Source of the DNA: Thermoplasmata archaeon
GTDB taxonomy: Archaea > Thermoplasmatota > Thermoplasmata > RBG-16-68-12 > JAFNFQ01
DNA: 64,000 nt
Reading direction: 5' to 3'
NCBI GenBank assembly: GCA_041489255.1
Contig: JBGPQV010000004.1
Span: 32,001-96,000 of the forward strand
Shown: piece by piece, positions 7,701-17,304 of the stretch
Numbering within the stretch: the stretch's first letter is position 1
How the letters are laid out: the number at the start of each line of letters is the position of its first letter
Notes under the pieces: model-generated
What the model was told of the DNA's origin: nothing
The model's input: only the letters and a program-made list of their open reading frames with translations
Databases searched by the model: none
Translations under genes and position numbers: made by a program

Positions 7701-9790
7701 TCTACGCGACGGACACCGCGGCCAATACCTACGGGGACAATGCGGTCTACGTCCTGACGTTGACAGTCAATGACGACGATGGCGGCTCAGCCTCCTACAC
7801 GACCCAGGTGACCGTGCTCAATGTCCCGCCATCGATTACGCCTTTCGGTCCATTCAGCATGGATGAGGGAAGCCCGTCGAGCCCGAATGCGACGGCCACC
7901 GACCCGGGCAGTGATGACCTGCTGTTCACCTGGACGTTCGAGCTTGGGCCGACTGTCCAGAACCTGCACTACAACGACGGCACCGCGCCCGACCCGACGA
8001 AGAGCCCGCGGGGCACCTTCCCGTTCACTGTGACCGATCCCGTCTCGCACACGTATGGGGACAACGGCGTCTACGCTGTGTCCTTGACCGTCAAGGACGA
8101 TGACGGAGGCGAGGCGACGTACTCCACGACGGTCACGGTCATCAACCTCCCGCCGGAGATAGAGCCCTTCGGCCCGTACTTCGTCGATGAGGGGCAGCTT
8201 CTGACCGTCTCCGCGACCGCAACTGATCAGGGCAGCGACGACCTCACCTTCTCTTGGTCGTTCGAACTCGGTCCGAGCCCGCAGACCACCTACTTCAACA
8301 ACGGAGTCTCTCCGGATCCAGCGAAGAGCCCGAACGGGACATTCCCGTTCACCGCGACCGACTCGCCTTCGCACACCTATGGCGACAACGCGGTCTACAT
8401 GCTCACGCTCACGGTGACGGACGACGACGGCGGTTCCGCGACATACTCGACACAGATCATTGTCACGAACCTGCCGCCGAGCGTAAGCGGCTTCGGGTCC
8501 TATCAGGTCGACGAGGGCAGCCTGCTGAGTGCGGGCACCAGCGCCGCAGACCCGGGAAGCGACGACCTCGCGTTCACATGGTCCTGGGAACTCGGACCGA
8601 CGTCTCAGAGCATCTACTACAACGATGGGACGGCGCCGGACCCCGCCAAGAGCCCATGGGGAACGTTCCCATTCTCCGCGAACGACACCTCGAGTAACAC
8701 CTACGGGGACAATGGCGTATATGCACTCTACCTCGTGGTCGAGGACGACGATGGCGGTGTGACCGACTATCTCACGAACGTCACGGTCGACAACGTGCCG
8801 CCGACAATCGAGCCATTTAGGCCTTTCGAGGTGAACGAGGGTTCTCCATTGACCGTGCAAACCACCGCACTTGACCCAGGCAGCGATGACCTGACATTCA
8901 CCTGGGTCTTCGAATACGGACCCACCTTCCAACGCATCTTCTACAACGACGGCTCTGGCCCAGACCCGGACAAGAGCCCGTGGGGGACATTCCCGTTCTC
9001 GGTGCAGGACGAAGTGACATGGACATATGGCGACAACGGCGTCTTCAAGGTCACTCTAATGGTCGAGGACGACGATGGCGGAGCCGCGGCGTACGAGACC
9101 TTCGTCACGGTACGCAATGTCGCTCCGACGATCGATGAGGTGCAGGCGTATGTCATCGCAAACATCACCCTGCGAGTCGCGGGAGAGAAGTGGCACGATG
9201 TCTGCATGAACCTCGTGCACAACGGGAACGTGGAGAGCAAGGCGTGCGTCGTGCGGTATCCCGGTTCACCAGATGACCAGTCTGTGACAATCGTGGGTAG
9301 GATCGAGCTCATCGACGACTTCAAAATCGTGCTGTACTACACGCCGGACGACGACCCGATCAACGGGCAGCCGAACGGGGCGAACCCCGCCTGGGTCACC
9401 ATCAGGTTCCCCGGCGGGGACGAGGTGAGGCTGCATCACACGTTCAACGTGCGCCACCCGGACACCTGGATATGGACGCTGGACGACATCCGTCCCTATC
9501 TGGTAGGGCAGGAGATCACGTTCAACGCGACTGCCTCTGATGTGGGCAGCGACGACCTGACATTCTCATGGACGTGGGACGATGGCACGCCAGACGCATT
9601 GGCGACGTACTTCAACGACGGAATCGGACCTGACCCGTATCCCTCGCCGAACGGGACGTTCCCGTTCACGGCGACCGACGTGGCAAAGCACACCTTCGAC
9701 TCTGCCAGAACCTACACGATCACGTTGACGGTCAACGATGACGATGGCGGTGTGACGACCTACTCATTCGACATCGCGATTGGCGGTTGA
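4751..9790 (+). CDS. Large secreted PKD-repeat protein (~1680 aa; alternative start 4712)
   Basis: Signal peptide MPSKALLALCFASILTVSAVA; TATA-like ttattata at 4690; nine GSDDL..HTYGDNG..DDDGG units, central ones at 324-bp spacing (7259, 7583, 7907...); no C-terminal TM. Confidence 0.92.
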   Translation: MPSKALLALCFASILTVSAVAPMFSVRNPFGSGGLSAIGPLAPATRGFPDKDPDSGKFLGQAGIGLSTLAGQTNKLYLGIPAGRASFTLSVFDGDGDNHWDQPQPPVDRLDYKLYKDPMKTGASVLLDSWTDTSLLDDDWSARTYATSNDSRAPSGNYFYRIEVNWHSPGSANDMAGFKLKVDGQISVVGNQAFCVQGAPMSGNDPPLGSGDPNPGDQNDPNANSYDGDWFFYFYVPAKVDTMKFKDGDLDRADDTDDPNTPNTDPDGPGPAVPEGVNHGMPADDGGGGPNTVPPSIMYRVTDPQNNVYANNNPSGTEEWENFIISDLASENPDYLTSKMLQPGLWKMEMRGLDAHNLACLSAPYEVFPTDEPPLPLYPPPIVEPDGTATVHVPPAQTVGFGHNVTNMGAAQVFDLAAVSAHGWTTRVYHDLNGDGNLDPGEPLVNNTGTLAQNATYKIIVQVDVPVLLTDTVDVTTVRASSQLEWAVQGTAHDTITVITNRPPVADARGPYIGYENVPMILDGGGSYDPDNDSLQYRWDYENDGIWDTAWDASPTIRHTWGDDWKGSIALEVSDGQLTDKATADVAVLNMLPSGTAAITSSQNEGSPITFSAHITDPGSDDLFLTWSWGDGTPNEFSTYYNNGVGPDPYPSYDIHPRDIIDVKSHTYGDNGGFEVTVNVRDDDCTNCTVTLKITATPANLPPAVDVSGGMSIDEGQSIALTAAAKDPGSDDLTFTWLWGEGSSESRTYFNNGVSPDPPQSPGGTFPFTATDSATHPYGDNGLFSLALTVADDDGGSVTWIGQLAVMNLPPAIQPFGPYTSNEGSAFSASASVSDPGSDDLTFSWSFELGSSVSVTYYNDGVGPDPYPSPGPVYPFAASDTEAQTYGDDGYYAITLTVTDDDGGASSYSTSVTVANLPPSITPFGPFTVNEGSPFNVSTTATDQGSDDLEFSWSFELGPTIQNMHYNDGANPDPAKSPWGAFPFYATDTAANTYGDNAVYVLTLTVNDDDGGSASYTTQVTVLNVPPSITPFGPFSMDEGSPSSPNATATDPGSDDLLFTWTFELGPTVQNLHYNDGTAPDPTKSPRGTFPFTVTDPVSHTYGDNGVYAVSLTVKDDDGGEATYSTTVTVINLPPEIEPFGPYFVDEGQLLTVSATATDQGSDDLTFSWSFELGPSPQTTYFNNGVSPDPAKSPNGTFPFTATDSPSHTYGDNAVYMLTLTVTDDDGGSATYSTQIIVTNLPPSVSGFGSYQVDEGSLLSAGTSAADPGSDDLAFTWSWELGPTSQSIYYNDGTAPDPAKSPWGTFPFSANDTSSNTYGDNGVYALYLVVEDDDGGVTDYLTNVTVDNVPPTIEPFRPFEVNEGSPLTVQTTALDPGSDDLTFTWVFEYGPTFQRIFYNDGSGPDPDKSPWGTFPFSVQDEVTWTYGDNGVFKVTLMVEDDDGGAAAYETFVTVRNVAPTIDEVQAYVIANITLRVAGEKWHDVCMNLVHNGNVESKACVVRYPGSPDDQSVTIVGRIELIDDFKIVLYYTPDDDPINGQPNGANPAWVTIRFPGGDEVRLHHTFNVRHPDTWIWTLDDIRPYLVGQEITFNATASDVGSDDLTFSWTWDDGTPDALATYFNDGIGPDPYPSPNGTFPFTATDVAKHTFDSARTYTITLTVNDDDGGVTTYSFDIAIGG

Positions 9791-9816
9791 AGGTTCGAAA
9801 GCCCCGATGCATGCGA

Positions 9817-10647
9817 CTAGAACTTGCGTTCGACGTACTCCAGCACGGACTCGAACAGCAATCTGCCGTCTCCGGGCCCCTCGGGCGACGAGCGCGTCCA
9901 ATCCGGGTGCAAATACTTGAAGAAGGATCTCTCAGGATGAGGCTGTATCCCGAGCACGTTGCCCTCGCGGTTGCACAGCGCGGCGATGTTGTATAGAGAG
10001 CCGTTCGGGTTCCACGGGTAGGCTCCGTACTTGCCCTGGTCGTCCACGTACCTGAAGACGATTTGGTCGTTGTCCCTCAGCTCCCTGAGCATGAACTTCT
10101 CCCTGTCCTTGGGCAGCAGGAACTTGCCTTCAGTGTGGGCTGACGGCATGAGGAGGACCTGGCCCTTCTTCACCTTGGTCGTGAAGGCGCAGGAGCCGGC
10201 ATTCTCATGCTTGAGCAGCGTCGGGCGGCACTCGTATCTCGCTGAATCATTCGTCGCCAATGCGGCCTCGGGCTCCGTGGTCAGAATCCCTGCGATTCCG
10301 GGCAGCATACCGAGCTCGACCAGGACCTGGAACCCGTTGCAGACGCCGAACAGCGCCCGCCCTTCCTTCACAAAGTTCGCGAGCTGCATCGCCAGCCTGC
10401 TCTTCATCCGAGCCGCCATGATCGCTCCCGCCCGGACGTAGTCACCCGCGGAGAACCCGCCGGGCAGCATCACAATGTGATAGTCCATTAGATCCCGCTT
10501 CAGTTCCTCAGGCGCGTCGCCCGTGAGCTGCTTCAGGTGCACCATCTCCGCGTTCGCCCCGAGCACCTGGAAGTAGCGACAGGATTCCAACTCGCAGTTC
10601 GTACCCTCCATGAGCACGACGCCGACGCGGACATCAGCGCGCTTCAT
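9817..10647 (-). CDS. purQ: Phosphoribosylformylglycinamidine synthase subunit PurQ
   Basis: GTNCE, PGGFSAGDY, GVCNGFQ, NPNGS, QPHPER. Confidence 0.96.
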   Translation of the reverse strand: MKRADVRVGVVLMEGTNCELESCRYFQVLGANAEMVHLKQLTGDAPEELKRDLMDYHIVMLPGGFSAGDYVRAGAIMAARMKSRLAMQLANFVKEGRALFGVCNGFQVLVELGMLPGIAGILTTEPEAALATNDSARYECRPTLLKHENAGSCAFTTKVKKGQVLLMPSAHTEGKFLLPKDREKFMLRELRDNDQIVFRYVDDQGKYGAYPWNPNGSLYNIAALCNREGNVLGIQPHPERSFFKYLHPDWTRSSPEGPGDGRLLFESVLEYVERKF

Positions 10648-12995
10648 CTCATCCCTCCAAGCTGGTCGTAGAGGGGCGCGGTCCACTCCTCTCTCATCTT
10701 CTGCACGGGGACCTTGAACCTCTTCTTCTCTCCGACGACGCTCAGCTCGGTCCCGCCAACGCTCCCGATGTGCGTGACGGAGATCCCTTGCAGATGACCG
10801 AGGAACCTCTCCTCCCTTTCCCTCCTGACCTCCACGAGCCACCTGCCGTTCGACTCCGAGAAGAGCTGGAAATCGAGCCTCATCGAGTCCATGTCCTTGA
10901 GGTCCAACCGCGCGCCGATGTCCCCGCCCATGCACATCTCTGCCGCCGCGACGCCTAGTCCGCCTCCGGAGAGGTCGTGACAGGCGGCGAGGCATCCGTC
11001 GCCGATTGCGGCCAAGAGGCCGTCAGCCGACGCCTTCAGCAGGGTCGTGTTGATGTCTGGCGCCTCAGGGCTCGAAGCGCCCATTAACCGATAGTACTCC
11101 GATCCCCCGAGTTCGGGCCGCGTCTCTCCGACAATGTAAAGCATGTCCCCCTCGGTCTTGAGGTCGGTCGTGACGCACTTCCTGAAGTCCTCCACGATCC
11201 CGACGCCGAGAACGACCGGCGTGGGTGGGACCATGCCGAGGGCGCTCTCGTTGTAGAAGGAGACGTTGCCCGATGGTATCGCGATCCCCATGGCCTGGGC
11301 AACAAGCCCGATGCCCCTCACCGTCTCCCGGAAATATCCGAGCCTGTCCGGCTTCTCCGGATTCCCGAAGTTGAGGCAGTCCGTGAGGCTGTGCGGTCTG
11401 GCCCCAACCGCAACGAGGTTCCTCACCATCTCGTCTACCGCCGAGGCCCCTCCCCTGAACGGGTTGATGGCGGTAAAGAAAGGAGTGGACGCGGTCGTTA
11501 TCGCCAGGGCCCTGTAGGAGTCGATCAGCGGCCTGATGACGGCGGCGTCGCCGTGACTGGATTTGCCTATCTTCCCCTGCATCGGCTTGATCACCGTCGC
11601 GGCCCTCACTTCGTGGTCGTACTGCCGGATGACCAGCTCCTTGTCTGCGATATCCAAGGAGGCCAGGAGCCTCAGGAGCGTTTCAGGATAGTTCGTTGGC
11701 TCAATCGGCGGGGATTCCTCAGGTTTGATCCTCGGCACGTCGTTCTGATACGGTCGAGAATATTCCGGACCGCCGGTGTAGAAGTCGAGGTCCATTTCCA
11801 GAATTGTGACGCCCTGATACTTGACGCGCGCGATTTTGTCGTCCGTCGCCCTGCCGATCACGGTCGCCATCACGTCGTACAGGTCGAATATCGCGAGGAC
11901 CTTCTGCACGTTGTCCGGATGGACGGCGAGCATCATCCTCTCCTGAGACTCGCTCACCCAGATCTCCCACGGAGCCAGTTTCGCAGCCTTCAGCGGCACC
12001 TTGTCGAGGTCGACCTCCGCGCCGCAGCCCCCATTCAGTGCTATCTCCCCGACGACGCAGCTCAGCCCGCCGCCGCCAAGGTCCTTCAGGCCGCTGAGCA
12101 GCCCCTTCTCTGCCGCGTCCATGCACGCGTGTATGAGCGGCTCTTTCGTGATTGGGTCACCGAGTTGCACCGCGCCGCCATGCCATTCCTCGACCGCTTT
12201 TTCCGTAAGATCCACCGACGCGAAAGTCACTCCATGTATCCCGTCGCGCCCGGTCTTCCCGCCAACGAGTATGAGGACATCCTCCGAGGATTTGACCCTG
12301 TTCTTGAGCAACTTCGATCTCTTTGCGAACCCGACGCACCCGACGTTGACGATGATGTTGCCAACATAACCTTCGTCGAAGATGACGCACCCCGAGACGG
12401 TCGGCAGCCCGACTCTGTTACCATAATCCCTGATTCCCGCCACGACGCCGTTGAAAAGGTACTTGGGGTGTTTCAAACCGCGCGGCAGCTTCTCGTAGGC
12501 GAAAGATGGCTGTCCGAAGTGGAGCGGGTCAGTGAGAGCGATCGGCTGCGCGCCCATGGCCAGGACATCTCGGATGATGCCGCCGATCCCGGTTGCGGCG
12601 CCTCCGTAAGGCTCGATGGCGCTCGGATGATTGTGCGACTCGATCCTGATTGCATATGCGTGATCGTCATCGAAGGCCATTACTCCCGCATCTCCGCGGT
12701 CTATGACGTCCGCAGTCTGCACCGGGAAGATGAACTCCTTGAGGAAGACCTTGGAGGACTTGTAGCAGCAGTGCTCCGACCAGGCCTGCCCGAGTGCCTG
12801 CACCTCGACATCGGTGGGGTTCCTGCCCTTCGCCCTGAAATAATCGCGGATGCGGTGCATCTCGTCGACGCTGAGCGCGAGGCCGAGGTCCTGCGACATC
12901 GCCTCCAGTTCCTTGTCGTTTGCACCGAGCACGTCGATGTTATATAAATCGAAGGGGACATCTCTCTTGAGGTATCTGTCTTGTATCTTCCCCAC
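10644..12995 (-). CDS. purL: Phosphoribosylformylglycinamidine synthase subunit PurL
   Basis: WSEHCCYKSS, ESHNHPSAIEPYGGAATG, DLGGGG, SESQERM, QYDHEV. Confidence 0.97.
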   Translation of the reverse strand: MGKIQDRYLKRDVPFDLYNIDVLGANDKELEAMSQDLGLALSVDEMHRIRDYFRAKGRNPTDVEVQALGQAWSEHCCYKSSKVFLKEFIFPVQTADVIDRGDAGVMAFDDDHAYAIRIESHNHPSAIEPYGGAATGIGGIIRDVLAMGAQPIALTDPLHFGQPSFAYEKLPRGLKHPKYLFNGVVAGIRDYGNRVGLPTVSGCVIFDEGYVGNIIVNVGCVGFAKRSKLLKNRVKSSEDVLILVGGKTGRDGIHGVTFASVDLTEKAVEEWHGGAVQLGDPITKEPLIHACMDAAEKGLLSGLKDLGGGGLSCVVGEIALNGGCGAEVDLDKVPLKAAKLAPWEIWVSESQERMMLAVHPDNVQKVLAIFDLYDVMATVIGRATDDKIARVKYQGVTILEMDLDFYTGGPEYSRPYQNDVPRIKPEESPPIEPTNYPETLLRLLASLDIADKELVIRQYDHEVRAATVIKPMQGKIGKSSHGDAAVIRPLIDSYRALAITTASTPFFTAINPFRGGASAVDEMVRNLVAVGARPHSLTDCLNFGNPEKPDRLGYFRETVRGIGLVAQAMGIAIPSGNVSFYNESALGMVPPTPVVLGVGIVEDFRKCVTTDLKTEGDMLYIVGETRPELGGSEYYRLMGASSPEAPDINTTLLKASADGLLAAIGDGCLAACHDLSGGGLGVAAAEMCMGGDIGARLDLKDMDSMRLDFQLFSESNGRWLVEVRREREERFLGHLQGISVTHIGSVGGTELSVVGEKKRFKVPVQKMREEWTAPLYDQLGGMR

Positions 12996-13179
12996 CCCAC
13001 CGGAGTGATTGCGCGCTCGTAGATATAGGTTCGCGGGATTCGGTACCAGATGTCTTGGTGGAAATCCTTGCAGTGATTCGCGTCGTTTCCGTACCCTTAA
13101 ATACGATTTCTGATAATAGCTTCCAAAGACTGGGTGGGCGAGAACCGGACGTTTCGAAAGTTCTCACCGAGGTGACGAA

Positions 13180-14217
13180 GTGCCCAAGGACAAAGACAAG
13201 GACGTATGGATAGTCAGATGCCCCAAATGCGGGCGTGTCACCAGAGGGTGCAAGCACGTCACGCCAGAAGACCTGGCGAGGATCAAGAGGCTGCTCAGCG
13301 CGGGAGTCGAGGTCTTCGAGTCTGAAGCGGAATACAGGGAATGGGAGGCCGGGGCGGAGTTCGGCGAGGTCCCGAGGACGCACCTGTACACGATGCTGGA
13401 GCCGAGGGCGACGCTCGGCGATGTCGTCCTTTCGCCGTCCACGTTGGAATCTATTGGAGACGCCCTCGTCGAATTGAAACACAAGAGGTTGATTTTCAAG
13501 AAGTGGGGACTGGCGGAAGTGGTCCGCAAGAACAAGGGCGTGTCCATGCTTTTCGTCGGTCAGCCCGGGACAGGGAAGACGCTGACGGCAGAGGCGATAG
13601 CCCGCGAGCTACGCAGGCCCCTGATGATTGTGAACTACGCCCACCTGGAGAACATGTGGGTTGGCGAGACGGAGAAGAACGTCGAAGCGGTCTTCAAGGC
13701 CGCGGAGGAGGCCGGGGCGGTCCTGTTATTCGACGAGGCTGACGCCGTCTTCCACCGCCGCGGTCACAGCGCGATGCCGTGGACCAACAGGGACGTCAAC
13801 GTCCTGCTGAAGCGCCTCGAGGACTTCCCCGGCGTCGTGATACTTTCCTCGAACCTCTCGAAGGTCATGGACAAGGCGCTCGACAGGCGCATCGACATCG
13901 CGGTGGAGTTCGAGATGCCGAATGCAGAGCTACGGGAGCGGATATTCAAGAAGCTCGTCCCGAAGAAAGCGCCGCTTGCCGATGATGTCGACTTCGCCGA
14001 GCTGGCGCGCAAGTTCGAGCTCTCCGGCGGGGGCATACTGAACGTCGTGAGGCAGGCCATGAGGATGGCCGCGCGGGCGAAGAGGAACAGGCGCATCACG
14101 ATGGCGCACTTCGTGAAGGCGGCGGAACGCGAGGCGCAGAAGGGGATATTGATGAGCAAGGATTACCTCGGGCCGGCGAGGCAGGCGCAGAGAGAAAGGA
14201 TCGGCGGATACGCCTGA
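13180..14217 (+). CDS. Classic-clade AAA+ ATPase (single AAA domain) with N-terminal Cys/His knuckle
   Basis: GQPGTGKT, WVGETEKN pore loop, LLFDEAD, DKALDRRID; N-terminal CPKC..CKH; RBS gaggtga. Confidence 0.88.
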   Translation: MPKDKDKDVWIVRCPKCGRVTRGCKHVTPEDLARIKRLLSAGVEVFESEAEYREWEAGAEFGEVPRTHLYTMLEPRATLGDVVLSPSTLESIGDALVELKHKRLIFKKWGLAEVVRKNKGVSMLFVGQPGTGKTLTAEAIARELRRPLMIVNYAHLENMWVGETEKNVEAVFKAAEEAGAVLLFDEADAVFHRRGHSAMPWTNRDVNVLLKRLEDFPGVVILSSNLSKVMDKALDRRIDIAVEFEMPNAELRERIFKKLVPKKAPLADDVDFAELARKFELSGGGILNVVRQAMRMAARAKRNRRITMAHFVKAAEREAQKGILMSKDYLGPARQAQRERIGGYA

Positions 14218-14229
14218 TTCTCCATCAGT

Positions 14230-14475
14230 CTAGGGAACCAGCTCGATTCTGTAGTCCTGGATGACCGGGTTTGCGAGGAGCCTTCTGCACATCTCCTCGA
14301 CCTGCTCCTTCACCATCTCGCGGTTCTCCCCCTCGAGCTCGATTTCGAACAGCTTGGCCGAGTGCACCGCCGAGAGACCCTTGAAGCCGAGAAGGTTGAG
14401 CGCCTTGAGCGTATTATCCCCCTCCGGATCGGCGACGCCCTTCTTCAGCCTGATTTGAACCTGGACTTTCACCAT
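14230..14475 (-). CDS. purS: Phosphoribosylformylglycinamidine synthase subunit PurS
   Basis: LKKGVADPEG...MCRRLLANPVIQDY. Confidence 0.95.
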   Translation of the reverse strand: MVKVQVQIRLKKGVADPEGDNTLKALNLLGFKGLSAVHSAKLFEIELEGENREMVKEQVEEMCRRLLANPVIQDYRIELVP

Positions 14476-14657
14476 CGACGCCCCCGGCGGGTGAAAGTGC
14501 ATGCATACTTAAGGGATTTGACAGACGGGAGGGATAATGGCGCGTGCGGAGAGACGCGGGGCTTGCCATCGCCTTCGTGAAGCGCCCGCCCCACAGCCGC
14601 CCGTCGAGAATCGCCAAGATTTATTTATCGATCCCGCTTTCCGGCCGCGAGGATTCC

Positions 14658-15593
14658 ATGGCTGAGGTTGTACTCGATGCCAAGGGGCTGACGAAGACTT
14701 ACGGCGACATGAACGCGGTCGACAACCTTGACCTCCAGGTGTTCAAGGGAGAGGTCTACGCTATGCTCGGGCCGAACGGCGCGGGGAAGACCACCACCGT
14801 CGAGATACTGGAGGGTCTTCGCAACCCCACGTCGGGGACGGCCAAGGTTTTCGGCTTCGATGTCCAGAAGGACTACGATAAGGTCAGGTCCAGGGTCGGC
14901 GTGCTCCCTCAGACGTTCGAACCTTGGGACAGGATCAAACCGCCGGAGGCGATCGAGTACTGGGCGGGGCTGTTCGGGCGCAAGATGAGCAAGAAAGAGA
15001 TCCGCGGGCTGCTGGAGATGGTCGACCTCGCGCACAAGGACGAAGTTTGGGGCGAGCGCCTTTCTGGCGGTGAGAAGAGGCGGCTGGGCATCGCGATGGC
15101 GCTCGTCGGTGAGCCCGAGCTGATATTCCTCGACGAACCGACCACCGGTCTCGACCCTCAAGCGAGGAGAGGGCTGTGGGAAATCATCCACGCCCTTGGC
15201 GATGCGGGCAAGACGGTTTTCCTCACGACCCACTACTTGGAGGAGGCGGAGAACCTCGCGGACCGCGTCTCGATCATGAACAAGGGCAAGATCGTCGTCT
15301 CCGGGTCCCCCGAGGAGCTTGTCAACCTCTATGGCGGCGGGACACATGTCGTGCTTAAGGGCGCGGGCGAAGAGGGAGTTGCAGACTTGGAGAAGCTCGG
15401 CTACAAGAGCACATTCCACAACAGGGACGTGACTGTGCATGTGCCGGCGCTTATGAGGACAAAGGACTTCATGGCCCAGATAAACCAGAGCGGGATCGCC
15501 TACAAGGATTTCGAGACGAGGCGACCGAGCCTGGAGGACGTGTTCTTCAACATGGTCGGCGGCCGCATGGAAGAGGGGGTGCTCAAGCAATGA
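14658..15593 (+). CDS. ABC transporter ATP-binding protein (ABC-2/DrrA-like)
   Basis: GPNGAGKTT, LSGGEKRR, FLDEPTTGLD, TTHYLEEA, SLEDVF. Confidence 0.95.
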   Translation: MAEVVLDAKGLTKTYGDMNAVDNLDLQVFKGEVYAMLGPNGAGKTTTVEILEGLRNPTSGTAKVFGFDVQKDYDKVRSRVGVLPQTFEPWDRIKPPEAIEYWAGLFGRKMSKKEIRGLLEMVDLAHKDEVWGERLSGGEKRRLGIAMALVGEPELIFLDEPTTGLDPQARRGLWEIIHALGDAGKTVFLTTHYLEEAENLADRVSIMNKGKIVVSGSPEELVNLYGGGTHVVLKGAGEEGVADLEKLGYKSTFHNRDVTVHVPALMRTKDFMAQINQSGIAYKDFETRRPSLEDVFFNMVGGRMEEGVLKQ

Positions 15594-16675
15594 GCAGGAT
15601 GGTCTCGGACTTCAAGGCATTCGGTCTTGCCTATCTGCGCAGCCGCACGGGGTTCTTCTTTGCGTTGATTTTCCCCGTCATCTTGATTCTGGTTTTTGGC
15701 GCGATCTTCAGCCAGACGGGCACGCAGAAGATCGACCTGCCAGTACAGGATCTCGACAATGGAACCTGGAGCCAAACCTACCTCGCCAAGCTGAACGCGA
15801 CCGGCGCGTTCACGATCGACATGATATCGCCCGATGTTGATTTCAATCGGTACATAAAGGACGAGCTGAAGGTCCTCGCGCTGCAAATCCCGTCCGGTTT
15901 CAATGAAAGCGTGAACAATGCGACAAGAGGTTACGGCCCACCTGCGACGATCATACTCAAGGGCGACCCGACGAATACCTACTTCACTGTCGGCATGGGC
16001 GTGGCGAACGCCGTCGCACTGCAGCTCAACTCCACTGTCGTCGCCATGGTGCAGACGGAGAACCTTGGTTCGCCCCAGTACACTTTCATCGATTTCTTCG
16101 TGCCAGGCATGATCGCTTTCACTGCGCTCACCACCCCGATGTTCTCAATGAGCACGATATGCTCCGAGTATCGGAACAGGGGTTTCTTCAAGCTCCTTGG
16201 ATCGACGCCGCTGAGGAAGTCTGAGTGGCTGACCGCGAAGATTCTTTGGTACACCGTCTTGATGCTCGCATCTATAGCGATAATGTATGTCGTTGGAATC
16301 GCTGCCTTCAACGCCCACTTCACCATCACGCCGATGGCGATACTCCTCGTCATCGTCGGTGTCTTTCTCTTCACATCATTCGGTATGTTCCTTGGCGTGT
16401 TCGTGAGCAATCCCGAGTCCGCCTCCGCCCTTGCGAACGCCATAGGCTTCCCGATGATGTTCCTGTCAGGCATTTTCTTCCAGCTCGAGTCGATGCCAGC
16501 TTACCTTCAATATATCGCGAAGGCGCTTCCCCTCACCTATCTCGCGGAGGGGCTCAGAGCGACGATGTCCCTCGGAAACGATGTGGTCGCGGCCACGGAC
16601 TTTGTGATCCTGCTGATCAGCGGGCTGATACTCTTCGTAATAGCTGCCCGGGCGATGTCCTGGAAGGGGAAGTAG
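15590..16675 (+). CDS. ABC-2 type transporter permease
   Basis: Multiple TMs, FFVPGMI, FLSGIFF, LPLTY; ATGA overlap with the ATPase. Confidence 0.93.
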   Translation: MSRMVSDFKAFGLAYLRSRTGFFFALIFPVILILVFGAIFSQTGTQKIDLPVQDLDNGTWSQTYLAKLNATGAFTIDMISPDVDFNRYIKDELKVLALQIPSGFNESVNNATRGYGPPATIILKGDPTNTYFTVGMGVANAVALQLNSTVVAMVQTENLGSPQYTFIDFFVPGMIAFTALTTPMFSMSTICSEYRNRGFFKLLGSTPLRKSEWLTAKILWYTVLMLASIAIMYVVGIAAFNAHFTITPMAILLVIVGVFLFTSFGMFLGVFVSNPESASALANAIGFPMMFLSGIFFQLESMPAYLQYIAKALPLTYLAEGLRATMSLGNDVVAATDFVILLISGLILFVIAARAMSWKGK

Positions 16676-16730
16676 TGGCCGGGACAGATGCACTCAGGAT
16701 GCGATGGCGGGCGGGCCGCCTGAACCAGCT

Positions 16731-17291
16731 CTAGGCGGGGATCAGCTTGTAGGTCTTCCTCACACCCTTGCCGGACGGCGTCTCAGAGACGACGGTGACC
16801 GCCTTCGCTTCTTCCAGAATCCCGACGGTGCGCCATGCAGCATGATACGCTTTCCTTCGATCGCCGGGCTCGACCTCTAGGAGAAGCTCGACAACCTCAT
16901 CCAGCGAGAATTCCTTGTCGGTGAAGCGCTTGCGCAGCAGGTCGGCAAGTTCGCCCCTTCTCAGTCCCTTTCTCCGTTTCTTGTCGTCGACAGGCTCGGC
17001 GGGGACGGCCAGCGGAGGCGCAACCTCTTGGAACTCCGGCGCGGGCGGCGGCGAGAGGATCGTGTGGACCTGCTCTGGTTCCATCCTTGATCTCGCAACG
17101 GGCATGGCGGGGACGGCGCCGAGTATCTCGTCGAGGAGTCTGACCTCCTCCGTGAGAACAAGTTCCTGCCGCCTCAGCCTCTCCAGCTCGGCGGAGGTCG
17201 TGCTCATTTCCTTCTCCGTCGACAGGCGGCGGGCGATGAGCGCCTCCATGATCAGTTTGTCTCTTGCCTCTCGCTTCGAGTTGTCGTCCAT
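16731..17291 (-). CDS. Hypothetical coiled-coil + Pro linker + winged-helix-like protein (paralog 2)
   Basis: N-terminal heptads; C-terminal RF.D.EF...V..LL.E.EP...Y.AAW...GKGVRKTYKL. Confidence 0.75.
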   Translation of the reverse strand: MDDNSKREARDKLIMEALIARRLSTEKEMSTTSAELERLRRQELVLTEEVRLLDEILGAVPAMPVARSRMEPEQVHTILSPPPAPEFQEVAPPLAVPAEPVDDKKRRKGLRRGELADLLRKRFTDKEFSLDEVVELLLEVEPGDRRKAYHAAWRTVGILEEAKAVTVVSETPSGKGVRKTYKLIPA

Positions 17292-17304
17292 GGTGATCTC
17301 TTCC

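Noticed and set aside
640-9790. Diversity-generating retroelement (PKD copies as template/variable repeats)
   Set aside because: No reverse transcriptase in the window, and differences between copies are not adenine-specific.
11391-12947. Long antisense ORFs (also 31585..32916, 7787..8932, 16915..17904, 40085..41155)
   Set aside because: Shadow frames of well-supported genes in GC-rich DNA.
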